DNA of 56,247 nt from Octopus sinensis. Lineage: Eukaryota. The DNA lies in contig NW_021833675.1 of the NCBI RefSeq assembly GCF_006345805.1, positions 1 through 56,247 on the forward strand, in the 5' to 3' direction. The position numbers and the translations under genes were made by a program. The first letter of the stretch is position 1; each line of letters starts with the position of its first letter. The notes under the pieces were generated by a model. The model did no database searches. It was not told where the DNA came from and saw only the letters and a list, made by a program, of their open reading frames with translations. Of the stretch, positions 34,301 to 47,553 are shown piece after piece.

Positions 34301-37300
34301 AACCAGCCGCTTGAGTTTTTAAGGACTACTCACAAAACACAAAAATCAACAGAAATGGGCAAATATATTTACTTTTGATCATAAAATGAATGATGGTGGT
34401 CTTATTGCATAATATTGCTTTACTCATCGCTAAATCTGGTAAACCCAACACAATTGGCGAAGAACTTCTAATTCCATCAATTCTCGAAGTACTAACTAAC
34501 AACGGTTATGCACCAACCTCATCAGATTATCATTAAGTCGATTCCACTGAGTAACAACACGGTACAGAGACGTATTGGATAGGCGAATATTCCTGAAAAA
34601 TATTCTGTGTTTGAAGCATAGTAATAAAGGAAATTATAGTTAACGTAGAAAACAATGGAAGAGGACTGATTTGTAATATGTTTAAAAATATTCTCATTCT
34701 ACTATAATTCTTATAAAACACGGAAAAACTTACAAAATTTCAAATTTCCGTTTGCTTAGCTCAAAATTATGTAAATTATTATAAATAAATATACAAATAT
34801 CAAGTTATTAAGCTTTAAATTTTGATTTTCTGAGAGCTGAGAATAATCAATAAATCCCTAATAAAAACTCACTCATACATGATGATATCTATTAAAAAAA
34901 TTGTTGTTTGAGCAGAAGGCGGAATAAGTAGGGCAGAAATGCACCCTTTCTTCACTTTAAAGGCTCAATACTCTGTTAAGCAATTATATAGTTAATTAGT
35001 TTTTTTATTAATAAAGGATAAATCGTGTTAGTATGAAAATCATGCAACTTTCATCATCGTACATGATTATTTTCATTATAATTATCTTCGTGAAAACGGT
35101 CGTCTAAATATAAATTGTGTTTTTTCTATCTTACTTCGAGGTCTTTTCCTGGAGATAAATTCGGTATCTAACAATTAAAAAATCAATAAATACTAGGTTT
35201 GTTTATTCGAGGAACACCTGTTTCCTCTCCAGTCTATAAAATTAGTAACTAATTTTCAGACTATCGGATAGAATGCATCATCTTTTGATATATGAGACTG
35301 GTAGGTTTTAAAAATAAAAACACAAATGAATATGGCGAATAAACACATAATGTATTATTTGAAAAAATTTACTTAAATACTCCAATGTATGTACTAAATT
35401 TTGTACTTTAGTTTTCATTTATTTTTAAAGTACTTTTGACATTATTTAGATAAGGTACATTATCGAATAAAAAACTAGTTTTTATTGACACACCTGATTA
35501 TAACAATTAAATTATAGAAGTACTTCTTTTAAAATTGAAAAAAACTAGCAGTTGATTTATTGACTAATTATTGAATTCGTCAATGTCATGAATCGATGAT
35601 TTCAAAACCCAGATTACTGTTCTTATCAAATTTTAGATACTGGATTGAATTTCTAAATATTAATCATAAAATGGTATGGTGTGTGCGCACCGACTTCAAA
35701 CTAGCAAATTACAGCTGAATTGTAAAAATCCTTTCCTTATAATAAAAAACATTCATATAAAACAGGGTTTCCCAAAGTGGGCGATACAAAATTTTAAGGT
35801 GGCGTTTATGACTAAATCGTTTACTCGTGGTGATATATATTTAAAGGGGGAGATGAAAATTATTTATAAATATTAGATTATATTGAGATATTAGATTTTT
35901 AGAATGGAAAGCCTATTTTAAACACTTGTTTTATTTTAATTTGTGTTGGTGTTTTAATGGACCCAAATTTGTCTGTTTGTAGAATAACTCGTCAGTATAA
36001 TATTATGTATATAAAATATGGTTTCACTACAACTCCTATTGAAGAAAAACGAACTTTTTGTTTGATATGCGAAAGTCGTTTTCTAACGAGGCTGTCAAGC
36101 TTTCTAGATTAAGTCATCATTTAAGAAAGGTTCATATTGGTATTTTATGAAAATATAGTTTATCCAATTTAATCTAACCAGCCGCTTGAGTTTTTTAAGG
36201 ACTACTCACAAAACACAAAAATCAACAGAAATGGGCAAATATATTTACTTTTGATCATAAAATGAATGATGGTGGTCTTATTGCATAATATTGCTTTACT
36301 CATCGCTAAATCTGGTAAACCCAACACAATTGGCGAAGAACTTCTAATTCCATCAATTCTCGAAGTACTAACTAACAACGGTTATGCACCAACCTCATCA
36401 GATTATCATTAAGTCGATTCCACTGAGTAACAACACGGTACAGAGACGTATTGGATAGGCGAATATTCCTGAAAAATATTCTGTGTTTGAAGCATAGTAA
36501 TAAAGGAAATTATAGTTAACGTAGAAAACAATGGAAGAGGACTGATTTGTAATATGTTTAAAAATATTCTCATTCTACTATAATTCTTATAAAACACGGA
36601 AAAACTTACAAAATTTCAAATTTCCGTTTGCTTAGCTCAAAAATTATGTAAATTATTATAAATAAATATACAAATATCAAGTTATTAAGCTTTAAATTTT
36701 GATTTTCTGAGAGCTGAGAATAATCAATAAATCCCTAATAAAAACTCACTCATACATGATGATATCTATTAAAAAAATAGTGTTGTTTGAGCAGAAGGCG
36801 GAATAAGTAGGGCAGAAATGCACCCTTTCTTCACTTTAAAGGCTCAATACTCTGTTAAGCAATTTATAGTTAATTAGTTTTTTTATTAATAAAGGATAAA
36901 TCGTGTTAGTATGAAAATCATGCAACTTTCATCATCGTACATGATTATTTTCATTATAATTATCTTCGTGAAAACGGTCGTCTAAATATAAATTGTGTTT
37001 TTCTATCTTACTTCGAGGTCTTTTCCTGGAGATAAATTCGGTATCTAACAATTAAAAAATCAATAAATACTAGGTTTGTTTATTCGAGGAACACCTGTTT
37101 CCTCTCCAGTCTATAAAATTAGTAACTAATTTTCAGACTATCGGATAGAATGCATCATCTTTTGATATATGAGACTGGTAGGTTTTAAAAATAAAAACAC
37201 AAATGAATATGGCGAATAAACATAATGTATTATTTGAAAAAATTTACTTAAATACTCCAATGTATGTACTAAATTTTGTACTTTAGTTTTCATTTATTTT

Positions 37301-38529
37301 TAAAGTACTTTTGACATTATTTAGATAAGGTACATTATCGAATAAAAAACTAGTTTTTATTGACACACCTGATTATAACAATTAAATTATAGAAGTACTT
37401 CTTTTAAAATTGAAAAAAACTAGCAGTTGATTTATTGACTAATTATTGAATTCGTCAATGTCATGAATCGATGATTTCAAAACCCAGATTACTGTTCTTA
37501 TCAAATTTTAGATACTGGATTGAATTTCTAAATATTAATCATAAAATGGTATGGTGTGTGCGCACCGACTTCAAACTAGCAAATTACAGCTGAATTGTAA
37601 AAATCCTTCCTTATAATTAAAAAACATTCATATAAAACAGGGTTTCCCAAGTGGGCGATACAAAATTTTAAGGTGGCGTTTATGACTAAATCGTTTACTC
37701 GTGGTGATATATATTTAAAGGGGGAGATGAAAATTATTTATAAATATTAGATTATATTGAGATATTAGATTTTTAGAATGGAAAGCCTATTTTAAACACT
37801 TGTTTTATTTAAATTTGTGTTGGTGTTTTAATGGACCCAAATTTGTCTGTTTGTAGAATAACTCGTCAGTATAATATTATGTATATAAAATATGGTTTCA
37901 CTACAACTCCTATTGAAGAAAAACGAACTTTTTGTTTGATATGCGAAAGTCGTTTTCTAACGAGGCTGTCAAGCTTTCTAGATTAAGTCATCATTTAAGA
38001 AAGGTTCATATTGGTATTTTATGAAAATATAGGTTTATCCAATTTAATCTAACCAGCCGCTTGAGTTTTTAAGGACTACTCACAAAACATAAAAATCAAC
38101 AGAAATGGGCAAATATATTTACTTTTGATCATAAAATGAATGATGGTGGTCTTATTGCATAATATTGCTTTACTCATCGCTAAATCTGGTAAACCCAACA
38201 CAATTGGCGAAGAACTTCTAATTCCATCAATTCTCGAAGTACTAACTAACAACGGTTATGCACCAACCTCATCAGATTATCATTAAGTCGATTATACTGA
38301 GTAACAACACGGTACATATACGTATTGGATAGGTGGATATTCCTGAAAAATATTCTGTGTTTGAAGTATAGTAATAAAGGAAATTATACTTAACATAGAA
38401 AACATTGGAAGAGAACTCATTTGTAAAATTTTTAAAAATGTACTCATTCTACTATAATTCTTATAGAACACAAAAATTTACAAAATTTCAAATTTACGTT
38501 TGCTTAGCTCAAAAATTATGTGAATTATT

Positions 38530-39832
38530 GGGAGATCGTCACCTTTCTCGGGGGATCCCTGTCCGACACAAAGCTCCGATGCATGCTTTCTGCCAAAACC
38601 GAATACTTTCAAAGAATTTCAACAAATCTATCTATCTTGGACTCGCACACTGACTTTCCTCCTGAACATCATCCATCTGCCGAACTCATTTTCACCCTCA
38701 GAAGCAATCCCTGCTTCCTGCATATGGACCTTCTCCTCGCATACGACGCCATCCTGAAAAAGGCTGCTGAATCCGTCCTCGACGTCCACCTCGATGGTCC
38801 GGGATGGGCCCAATGCTCGCTCCCACTGAGATTCGGTGGTGCGGGAATCCGTACTGCATCCGATTTGGCACTTCTGGCATATCTATCCTCCCTTTCGATG
38901 TGCAACAACCTGGCCTCTGAGATCCTACTCAAACCTTTTGGATCTTGCCTGGACGGTGCTTTTCCGGATGGGCTCACTACCTGGGATCACTCCTTTTCTG
39001 AGAGGCCTGGAGATTTCTCCTCCCAACGCGCCTGGGACACTATTGCATGCCGAGCGCGTGTGTCTGAGCTCTCGGCAACCCTTGACCAACACCGCCTGGC
39101 ATGCCTTCGTGCGGTATCCGCCCCTCACTCTGGCAGCTGGCTGAATGCTCTTCCTCTTTCCAGCATCGGGACGTGGCTAGACGATGCTGCCATACGCATC
39201 GGAGTCGCTCACCGTCTCGGCCTGGATGTTTGCGCAAAACACCGCTGCAGATACGGTGAGGACGTTGACGAAAAAGGACTGCATCCACTTTCCTGCAAGA
39301 GGAGCGCAGGCAGGGAACACAGACACAAGGCCCTCAATGAAATCGTGAAGGCCGGTCTCGAATCGGCGGGCCATTCGTGCATCCTCGAACCGGTCGGACT
39401 CGATCGGGAGATGGCAAAAGACCTGACGGGATGACAATATTCCCATACTCGTAGGGGAAGGCCGTCGTATTGGATGTTACCGTTGTGGATACCTTTTCAA
39501 AATCGAGGATCCATTCTTCCGCCGCAAACCCTTGTTGGGCTGCAAACCACGCCGAAAAAATCAAAATACAAAAAAAATTCTTCGCTCGCGGACCGCTACC
39601 GCGTTACGGCAATCGCACTGGAGACCGCTGGAGCTGCGGGAAAGGAGACTGACTCGTTCCTCAACGAGGTCGGGCAGTCCATTGGGAGGAGCCTCAAGGA
39701 CACGAGAGAGGGCCTCTGGTTCCACCAGCGAATCGTTCTGGCCATTGTTCGGGGCAACGCACACTGCGTCCTTGTTGCTGGGTCTTAACAAATTTCGTTG
39801 TTAATTAAATAACTCTTTTTGAAAAATTTGTT
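38530..39832 (+). mobile_element. 5'-truncated CRE-like retroelement (1.3 kb) inserted in an array unit
   Basis: 16-bp TSD AATTATGTGAATTATT at 38514-38529 and 39833-39848. Motifs GGAGIR, SWLNALP, CRYG..HPLSC, RPDG, LDVT, FHQRIVLAIVRGN. Confidence 0.92.
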
Positions 39833-42276
39833 AATTATGTGAATTATTAGATATAAATAAACAAATATCAACTTATTAAGCTTGAAATGTGAATTTTCTG
39901 AGAGCTGAGAATAATCAACAAATCCCTAATAAAAACTCATACATGATAACTATTACAAAAATTTCAAACAGATTTCTGACTGTGTTGTTTAAACAGAAGG
40001 AGGAATAAGTAGGGAAGAAATGCATGGAGTCTCATCCTTTGTTCACTCAAAAAGCTCAATACTCCGTTAAGCAATTAAATAGTTAATTAGTTTTTTTATT
40101 AATAAAGGATTAAACCGAGTTAGTATAAAAATCATGCAACTTTCATCATGGTACATGATTATATTCATCATAATTAATTTCATGATAAGGGTGGTCTAAA
40201 TAGAAATTGTGTATTTCTATCTTACTTCGAGGTTTTTTCCTGGAGATAAATTCGGTATCTAACAATTAAAAAATCAATAAATACTAGGTTTGTTTATTCG
40301 AGGAACAGCTATTTCCTCTCCTGTCTATAAAATTAGTAATTAAATTTTAGACTATCCGATAGAATGCATCATCTTTTGATATATGAGACTGGTAGGTTTT
40401 AAAAATAAAAACACAAATGAATATGGCGAATAAACACATAATGTATTATTTGAAAAAATTTACTTAAATACTCCAATGTATGTACTAAATTTTGTACTTT
40501 AGTTTTCATTTATTTTTAAAGTACCATTGACATTCTTTAGATAAGGTACATTATCGAATAAAAAACTAGTTTTTTATTGACACACCTGATTATAACCATT
40601 AAATTATATAAGTACTTCTTTTAAAATTGAAAAAAACTAGCAGTTGATTTATTGACTAATTATTGAATTCGTCAATGTCATGAATCGATGATTTCAAAAC
40701 ACAGATTATTGTTCTTATCAAATTTTAGATACTGGATTGAATTTCTAAATATTAATCATAAAATGGTATGGTGTGTGCGCATCGACTTCAACTAGCAAAA
40801 TACAGATGAATTGTGAAAATCCTTTCTTTGTAATTAAAAAACATTCATATAAAACAGGGTTTCCCAAAGTGGGCGATACAAAATTTTAAGGTGGCGTTTA
40901 TGACTAAATAATTTACTGGGGGCGATATATATTTAAAGGGGGAGATGAAAATTATTTATAAATATTAAATTATATTGAGATATTAGATTTTTAGAATGGA
41001 AAGCCTATTTTAAAAACTTGTGTTATTTTAATTTGTGTTGGTGTTTTAATGTACCCAAATTTGTCTGTTGGTAGAATAACTCGTTATTATAATATTATGC
41101 ATATAAAATACGGTTTCAACACAACTCCTAATGAAGAACAACGAACTCTTTGTTTGATATGCGAAAGTCGTTTTCTAACGAGGCTGTCAAGCCTTCTAGA
41201 TTATGTTATCATTTAAGAAAGGTCCATATTTGTATTTTATGAAAATATAGGTTTATCCAATTTAATCTAACCAGCCGCTTTAGTTTTTTAAGGACTACTC
41301 ACAAAACACAAAAATCAACAGAAATGGACAAATATATTTACTTTTGATCATAAAATTAATGATGATGGTCTTATTGCATAATATTGCTTTACTCATCCAT
41401 CGCTAAATCTGGTAAACCCATAATTGGCGAAGAACTTTAATTCCATCAATTCTCGAAGTACTAACAACGGTTATGCACCAACCTCATCAGAATATCATTA
41501 AGTCGATTCGACTGCGTAACAACACGGTACAGAGACGTATTGGATAGGCGGATATTCCTGAAAAATATTCTGTGTTTGAAGCATAGTAATAAAGGAAATT
41601 ATAGTTAACGTAGAAAACATCGGAAGAGGACTGATTTGTAATATTTTTAAAAATATTCTCATTCTACTATAATTCTTATAAAACACGGAAAAACTTACAA
41701 AATTTCAAATTTCCGTTTGCTTAGCTCAAAAATTTTAATTATTATAAATAAATATACAATATATATATCAAATTCATTTAAGCTTTAAATTTTGATTTTC
41801 TGAGAGCTGAGAATAATCAATAAATCCCTAATAAAAATCACTCATACATGATGATATCTATTAAAAATTTAGTGTAGAGTGTTGTTTGAGCAGAAGGCGG
41901 AATAAGTAGCACAGGAATGCATCCTTTCTTCACTCTAAACGCTCAATACTCTGTTAAGTAATTAAATAGTTAATTAGTTTTTTTATTAATAAAGGATAAA
42001 TCGTGTAGTATGAAAATCATGCAACTTTCATCATCGTACATGATTATTTTCATCATAATTCTTCGTGAAAACGGTCGTCTAAATAGAAATTGTGTTTTTC
42101 TATCTTACTTCGAGGTCTTTTCCTGGAGATAAATTCGGTCTCTAACAATTAAAAAATCAATAAATACTAGGTTTGTTTATTCGAGGAACAGCTATTTCCT
42201 CTCCTGTCTATAAAATTAGTAATTAAATTTTAGACTATCTCATAGAAATCATCATCTTTTGATATATGAGACTGGT

Positions 42277-42325
42277 GTCTGACCCAGGGCGGGAGGCAGA
42301 GTCCATGAGAGATGACGAGGAAAAC
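42277..42325 (-). other. 49-bp internal fragment of a CRE-family RLE region inserted in an array unit
   Basis: The reverse complement reads FSSSSLMDSASRPGSD, versus FSPSSLVDSASRPGSA in the CRE ORF at ~5260-5305. Absent from the core units. Confidence 0.8.
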
Positions 42326-42763
42326 TAGGTTTTAAAAATAAAAACACAAATGAATATGGCGAATAAACACATAATGTATTATTTGAAAAAATTTACTTAA
42401 ATATTTTAATGTATGTACTAAATTTTGTACTTTAGTTTTCATTTATTTTTAAAGTACCTTTGACATTATTCAGATAAGGTACATTATTGAATAAAAAACT
42501 AGTTTTTTTATTGACACACCTGATTTTAACCATTAAATTATAGGGAAGGAAGGAAAAATTTTATTTTAAAATAAAAAACTGTTAGTGAGGGTATAATTAA
42601 GACCTTCGGCATTTCTGCCTTTTCAGTCCCGCACACACGCTCGCCTCTCAGCCGCAAACAAAGACTTACCGTCTTACCTACCACCCAGACATTATCTTTT
42701 CTAAGACCTCAGGAAGGCCTTTGAGGGACAATTCCTGGGTGTCCGTGAGCTCCACTCGCCATC

Positions 42764-45243
42764 CTAGCCATGGGCTAGCCGGATGGCTCGTCTTCTGACT
42801 TTCTTGAGCGCGTCAACGTACTTCTCTCGGTCCTCACAGAAGTGCCAAGCATGTACGCCATAGGTCAACACGGGTAGCACCATGGCGTTAAACACACGTA
42901 GCCAAGCACCTCTCCGCAGCCGGAAAGCACGCAACGCGCCTAATCGCTGCATTGCACGCATTTTCGTACGTGCAATGTGATCATCAAACTTACCGGACGG
43001 CTTAAAGAGCACGCCCAAATAAGTCATCTGATCAACTGCAGCAATTGCTGACCCGTTCAGCAATAACCTAGGGGCGTAATTAGTGTAACCCCTCGTCCTT
43101 TTACAGACTTTGAGAACACTGCACTTATCCGCACGCATCTTTAGACCCCTACTCCCACACCAGTTTACAAGTCCATCCACAGCAACCTGTAGCCTACGAC
43201 ACGCACACTCAGGTTTCATCGAGTGATCCCAGAGGATGATGTCGTCTGCATAAATTACCATTTCAGTACGAGCATTGACTGGCATGGGCGCAGATGCCAT
43301 AAAGACACCGCGAAGGACTGTTCTGACTTTAGAAAAGACCCCCTGATGCCGCACGACCTGTCCGCGAGATTCAAGGAACCCCGACAGCCAGCGCCTTAGA
43401 CACGGAGAAACCCCACACATGGCGAGGGAGCTCCGGAGGCCGTCGTGCCACACCGAGTCAAAGGCTTTTTCAATGTCAAAACTAACTAGCATACCACATT
43501 CTTTCTTCTGGAGGGCGCACTTCATCTCAGAAGACACCTTCCATAAGCAGTCTCCACACGAACGACCCTCCCTGAAGCCCCATTGGAACTCAGGGAGGGC
43601 ATCATCGACCGTCAGCTCCTCCAGGAGCCTTCGGTGCATGATCCTTTCTAAAATTTTAGATACAGCGGGAAGCAAGGAAATGGGCCTGTATCCCCCGGGG
43701 ACATCATGAGGCATCCTGGGTTTTCCGATAAGGATTACCTCAGCCACTTTCCATCTAGAGGGAATCATCCCAAGTCGCAAGCTCCCGCTAAACAAGACCT
43801 GTAAGGCGGTGATCAACAACGGCGGGGCCTTCTTAAAGATGGCCATAGGGATCCGATCCAGACCCGCCGCAGTGTTCTTACTTCGGGAGATCGCTGCCAG
43901 AATCTCCGCTTCGGAAATATCGCCTGCATCGTTCCTTGATATGCCCAGCTGGCAGCGCTTGTCCCACGACAATATCTGCTGGACAGTATCAAAGGACGAT
44001 GTCTCCACGAACTGACTTCCGTCAGTTCCAGAGATGTTATCGAGGTGGGTCGAAAATATTTCAGCCACCTCAACCGAGTCCAAAACGAGGGTTCCATCAG
44101 AGCGTTTAAGACGCACTGAATTGGCTACCCTCTCCCCGACAGGCTCTTCAAACTGTTTCCAGAAGTCCGGGAAGCGGGCGTCTACGCGTCTGCAGGCTCG
44201 CTCCCACCGTGAACTTTCGAGTTCGCGGATTTCTCTTCTGATCTCCTTCTGAAGCCGGCTAATCCAGCCACGAAACCAAACGCGGTTCTCCTCGTAAACG
44301 CATTTGTCCCGTAGTCTGGATAGCCGGCGCTTAAACTTAATTTTATTTAAGACCCGGTATGGGAGCGCGGAATGTGACTTACCCTGCACTGAGTTTTGTT
44401 TGAAATTATCTCGCATATAATCAGTCAGGGCAGCATTGATTCCATTATCTAACGCCTCCAACTCACGTATATTGGCACAGGTATTCCCAACCAGAAGTGA
44501 GGGCAACCTGCTGGCCATGAACCTCTCCAGGTTGGCCCAAGAACCCGACCGGAGGTCGAAGTATCCCGGAACCCTTTGAGGGACTGGCTCGCGGAGTTCG
44601 TGCAATAGAGGCAGATGGTCGCTTCCAATATCGGGCAATAAAATTGTTTTACTAACCCAATTTAGCATTCCAAGACTGACCAGAGCAAGCCCTAGCCAGT
44701 CTAGTCCTCCCCGCGAATCGATGTGGTTTGGCTCGCTTGAAGATCTGATTTCCAACCCAAGGTCTTCAACCAGCGTCTTTAGAGCCAAACCATGCGCGTT
44801 GGTTACCCTGAAACCGAGCTCTTGGTGCTTGGCATTCAGGTCCCCAACGACCATCGCATCGCCTTCGGATGCTTTTCAAAGAACTCCCGTACGTGCCAAG
44901 AACACGCCGTAAAGTTCTTCGAATACATCGCCCCTAGGTAAAATGTTAAATTACCTATGTGAATCCTCACTTGGAGGAATTCACATAGGCTACAAGAACA
45001 TAAACTTGAACTTTGCAAGGCGAGGTACGGCTTGTAGAAGAGGCTAGTTCCCGTGCCACATATTGACCTCTGTTTCCAGGGTATGTGACAACAGTTGTAG
45101 CCATCAACTACGTACGGACCCCCCTTTACCTTCGTTTCGTTGACCACCAGAATGTCCGCACTCGTGGTGGCCAACATCCTCTGAACCGCGTCTCCTTTAC
45201 CGGATAAGGAGCGCGCATTCACCGATATAATGTTGAGCATCAT
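42764..45243 (-). pseudogene. LINE ORF2 (AP endonuclease + reverse transcriptase), frameshifted, RT domain-4 deletion
   Basis: Motifs SVNARSL, VVNETK, VGDLNAKH, SDHLP, YRPISLL, DIEKAFDSVWH, YADDI. The expected GVPQGSxLSP motif is missing (VLRGVFMAS). Confidence 0.88.
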
Positions 45244-45331
45244 GTCGGTTCCTCGCCAAGGATCTTCTTGGCCTCAGCCATGTTGCAATGTAGCATATCT
45301 GCTACACTGCACTTCGTCGCCCTACATAATT

Positions 45332-46666
45332 TTAGTAGGCGCACACACAACTGCACCTCAGGACTAATGGTGTCCTGGGGAGCACGCTCACCAGGGGGGA
45401 GTGCAGTGGCATTTCCACGTATGGAGGACGCCTTTTCCCCCCTAGGTTTTGCTGGGCGGTATCACCTGTAGCCCACTCGGAAGGCTTAGCACGCTTCGGC
45501 ATCCGAACTGACTCGGATGTTATTAGCGGCTCAGCCGACTTTGTCGGCAAAGGTGGTACCGACCCGCTCGCAATGTGGCTTGCAGGCTTCACAGGCCTCG
45601 CCACCGAAGCAGTCTTGGGTGGTTTGGACTGCTTTGCCCGCTTGCCAGGTTGTGGCCCAGTAACTGCGACGCTAGCCGCGCGACTTACCTTCGAGATTAC
45701 ACCCGCACCTACCTTTCGGGTTGCCTCCTTGAACTTGGGGCAACCTTTGAAGTTGGCACTGTGTCCCAACTTACCGCAGTTGACACAATACCTCTTCGTA
45801 AGTGGCGAGGAGCATGCCTTACGACCATGCTCGCCACCGCAGGTCAAGCACTTCGCCTTCTCTGGACACCTCGTGCTTATGTGCCCGAAACCCTGACACC
45901 GAAGCATTGGGTGGCTCTCTGGCGGGGCCGGACAGCACGAAGCCTAACGTAGCCGACCCTCGTACCCAGCAGTATGAGGCGCTCGGCTTCCGCAGGAGAT
46001 CCCAGCGTAACCTCCACCACTTCAAGAGGCCGGTAACCTTGCTTGAAGCGTGCAATGGCAGAGGTACTGGGGTACTCCCGCTGCAGGTGCTCTAAAAGGT
46101 CGTTATCCTCAAAGTCCCGGGGGACCCCAAGGAGGAGGACTCTTACCTGCCCTACCTTGCGTTCGAACCTGACAAGCCGATGCATGCCAGGACCGAACGG
46201 GATGGACTTTTCCAGCTCCCTTTCGAAACTGAAAAAGTCCTCAGACTTCTCCCACCTAAGCAGGAATTGGGTGGGCTCCCTCTTCAGGACTCGATACCGC
46301 TTAGACGGCTGTATCGAGTCCAAGATCCCTAAGATTTTACGACTGAGGCCTTTCCACAGGTGGGAAAGACCTCTAGTCGTGCTACAACGCCGAAGGTAAT
46401 TCTACCCCCGCCGCGCGGGCTGTCTTCCTCTGGTGTGCATCCACCTCTGGAGACGGGTTAGCAGTACCTAAACTGTTAGAGACCGGACGGCATGCGACAC
46501 GTTTAGGTTTCCCCACGGTACGCCAGCCGTCCTCACCGGTTACCTGAATATGTTCAACATCGCCTCCTGTTTGATTTTTGTTGATTAGCATCTTCCAAGA
46601 TCGTTTTGCAGCATTCTTTTCTTTTTTAGTATTGTTGCTTTTTTGTACCACAGGAAACAACACCAT
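45332..46666 (-). pseudogene. LINE ORF1 (gag-like, zinc knuckles), frameshifted
   Basis: Reads VRVLLLGVPRDFED...ATQCF / RCQGFGHISTRC...CLTCGGEHGRKAC...CVNCGKLGHSANFKGCP across three ORF pieces. Confidence 0.85.
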
Positions 46667-47504
46667 GCTTGCACGCTACCCACAAACTAACAACGGTTAT
46701 GCACCAACCTCATCAGAATATCATTAAGTCGATTCGACTGAGTAACAACACGGTACAGAGACGTATTGGATAGGCGGATATTCCTGAAAAATATTCTGTG
46801 TTTGAAGCATAGTAATAAAGGAAATTATAGTTAACGTAGAAAACAATGGAAGAGGACTGATTTGTAATATGTTTAAAAATATTCTCATTCTACTATAATT
46901 CTTATAAAACACGGAAAAACTTACAAAATTTCAAATTTCCGTTTGCTTAGCTCAAAAATTATGTAAATTATTATAAATAAATATACAAATATCAAGTTAT
47001 TAAGCTTTAAATTTTGATTTTCTGAGAGCTGAGAATAATCAATAAATCCCTAAAAAAAACTCACTCATACATGATGATATCTATTAAAAATTTAGTGTAG
47101 AGTGTTGTTTGAGCAGAAGGCGGAATAAGTAGGCAGGAAATGCATCCTTTCTTCACTCTAAACGCTCAATACTCTGTTGTTAGTAATTAAATAGTTAATT
47201 AGTTTTTTTATTAATAAAGGATAAATCGTGTTAGTATGAAAATCATGCAACTTTCATCATCGTACATGATTATTTTCATCATAATTATCTTCGTGAAAAC
47301 GGTCGTCTAAATAGAAATTGTGTTTTTCTATCTTACTTCGAGGTCTTTTCCTGGAAATAAATTCGGTCTCTAACAATTAAAAAATCAATAAATACTAGGT
47401 TTGTTTATTCGAGGAACAGCTATTTCCTCTCCTGTCTATAAAATTAGTAATTAAATTTTAGACTATCTGATAGAAATCATCATCTTTTGATATATGAGAC
47501 TGGT

Positions 47505-47553
47505 CTCTGATCAAGGGCGGGAGGCAGAGTCCATGAGAGATGACGAGGAAAAC
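47505..47553 (-). other. Second copy of the 49-bp CRE-derived insert (same array subvariant)
   Basis: Same insertion point (gagactggt|aggtttt) as 42277-42325, with a few substitutions. Confidence 0.8.

Larger units (their letters stand above)
42541..46685 (-). mobile_element. Near full-length (~4.1 kb) Jockey/I-group LINE (ORF1 gag + ORF2 APE-RT), inactivated
   Basis: ORF1 has three CCHC-type knuckles; ORF2 has APE and RT; (TTCC)n tail at the 42541 end. No TSD found. Confidence 0.9.

Noticed and set aside
43419-46399. Several long plus-strand ORFs over the GC-rich LINE
   Set aside because: Antisense shadows of ORF1/ORF2 in GC-rich sequence, with no motifs.
46810-46870. EIIVNVENNGRGLI resembling a GHKL ATPase G1 box
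   Set aside because: A stop follows within ~10 codons, the motif is not kept in edge variants (ENIGRELI) and no other GHKL boxes are present.
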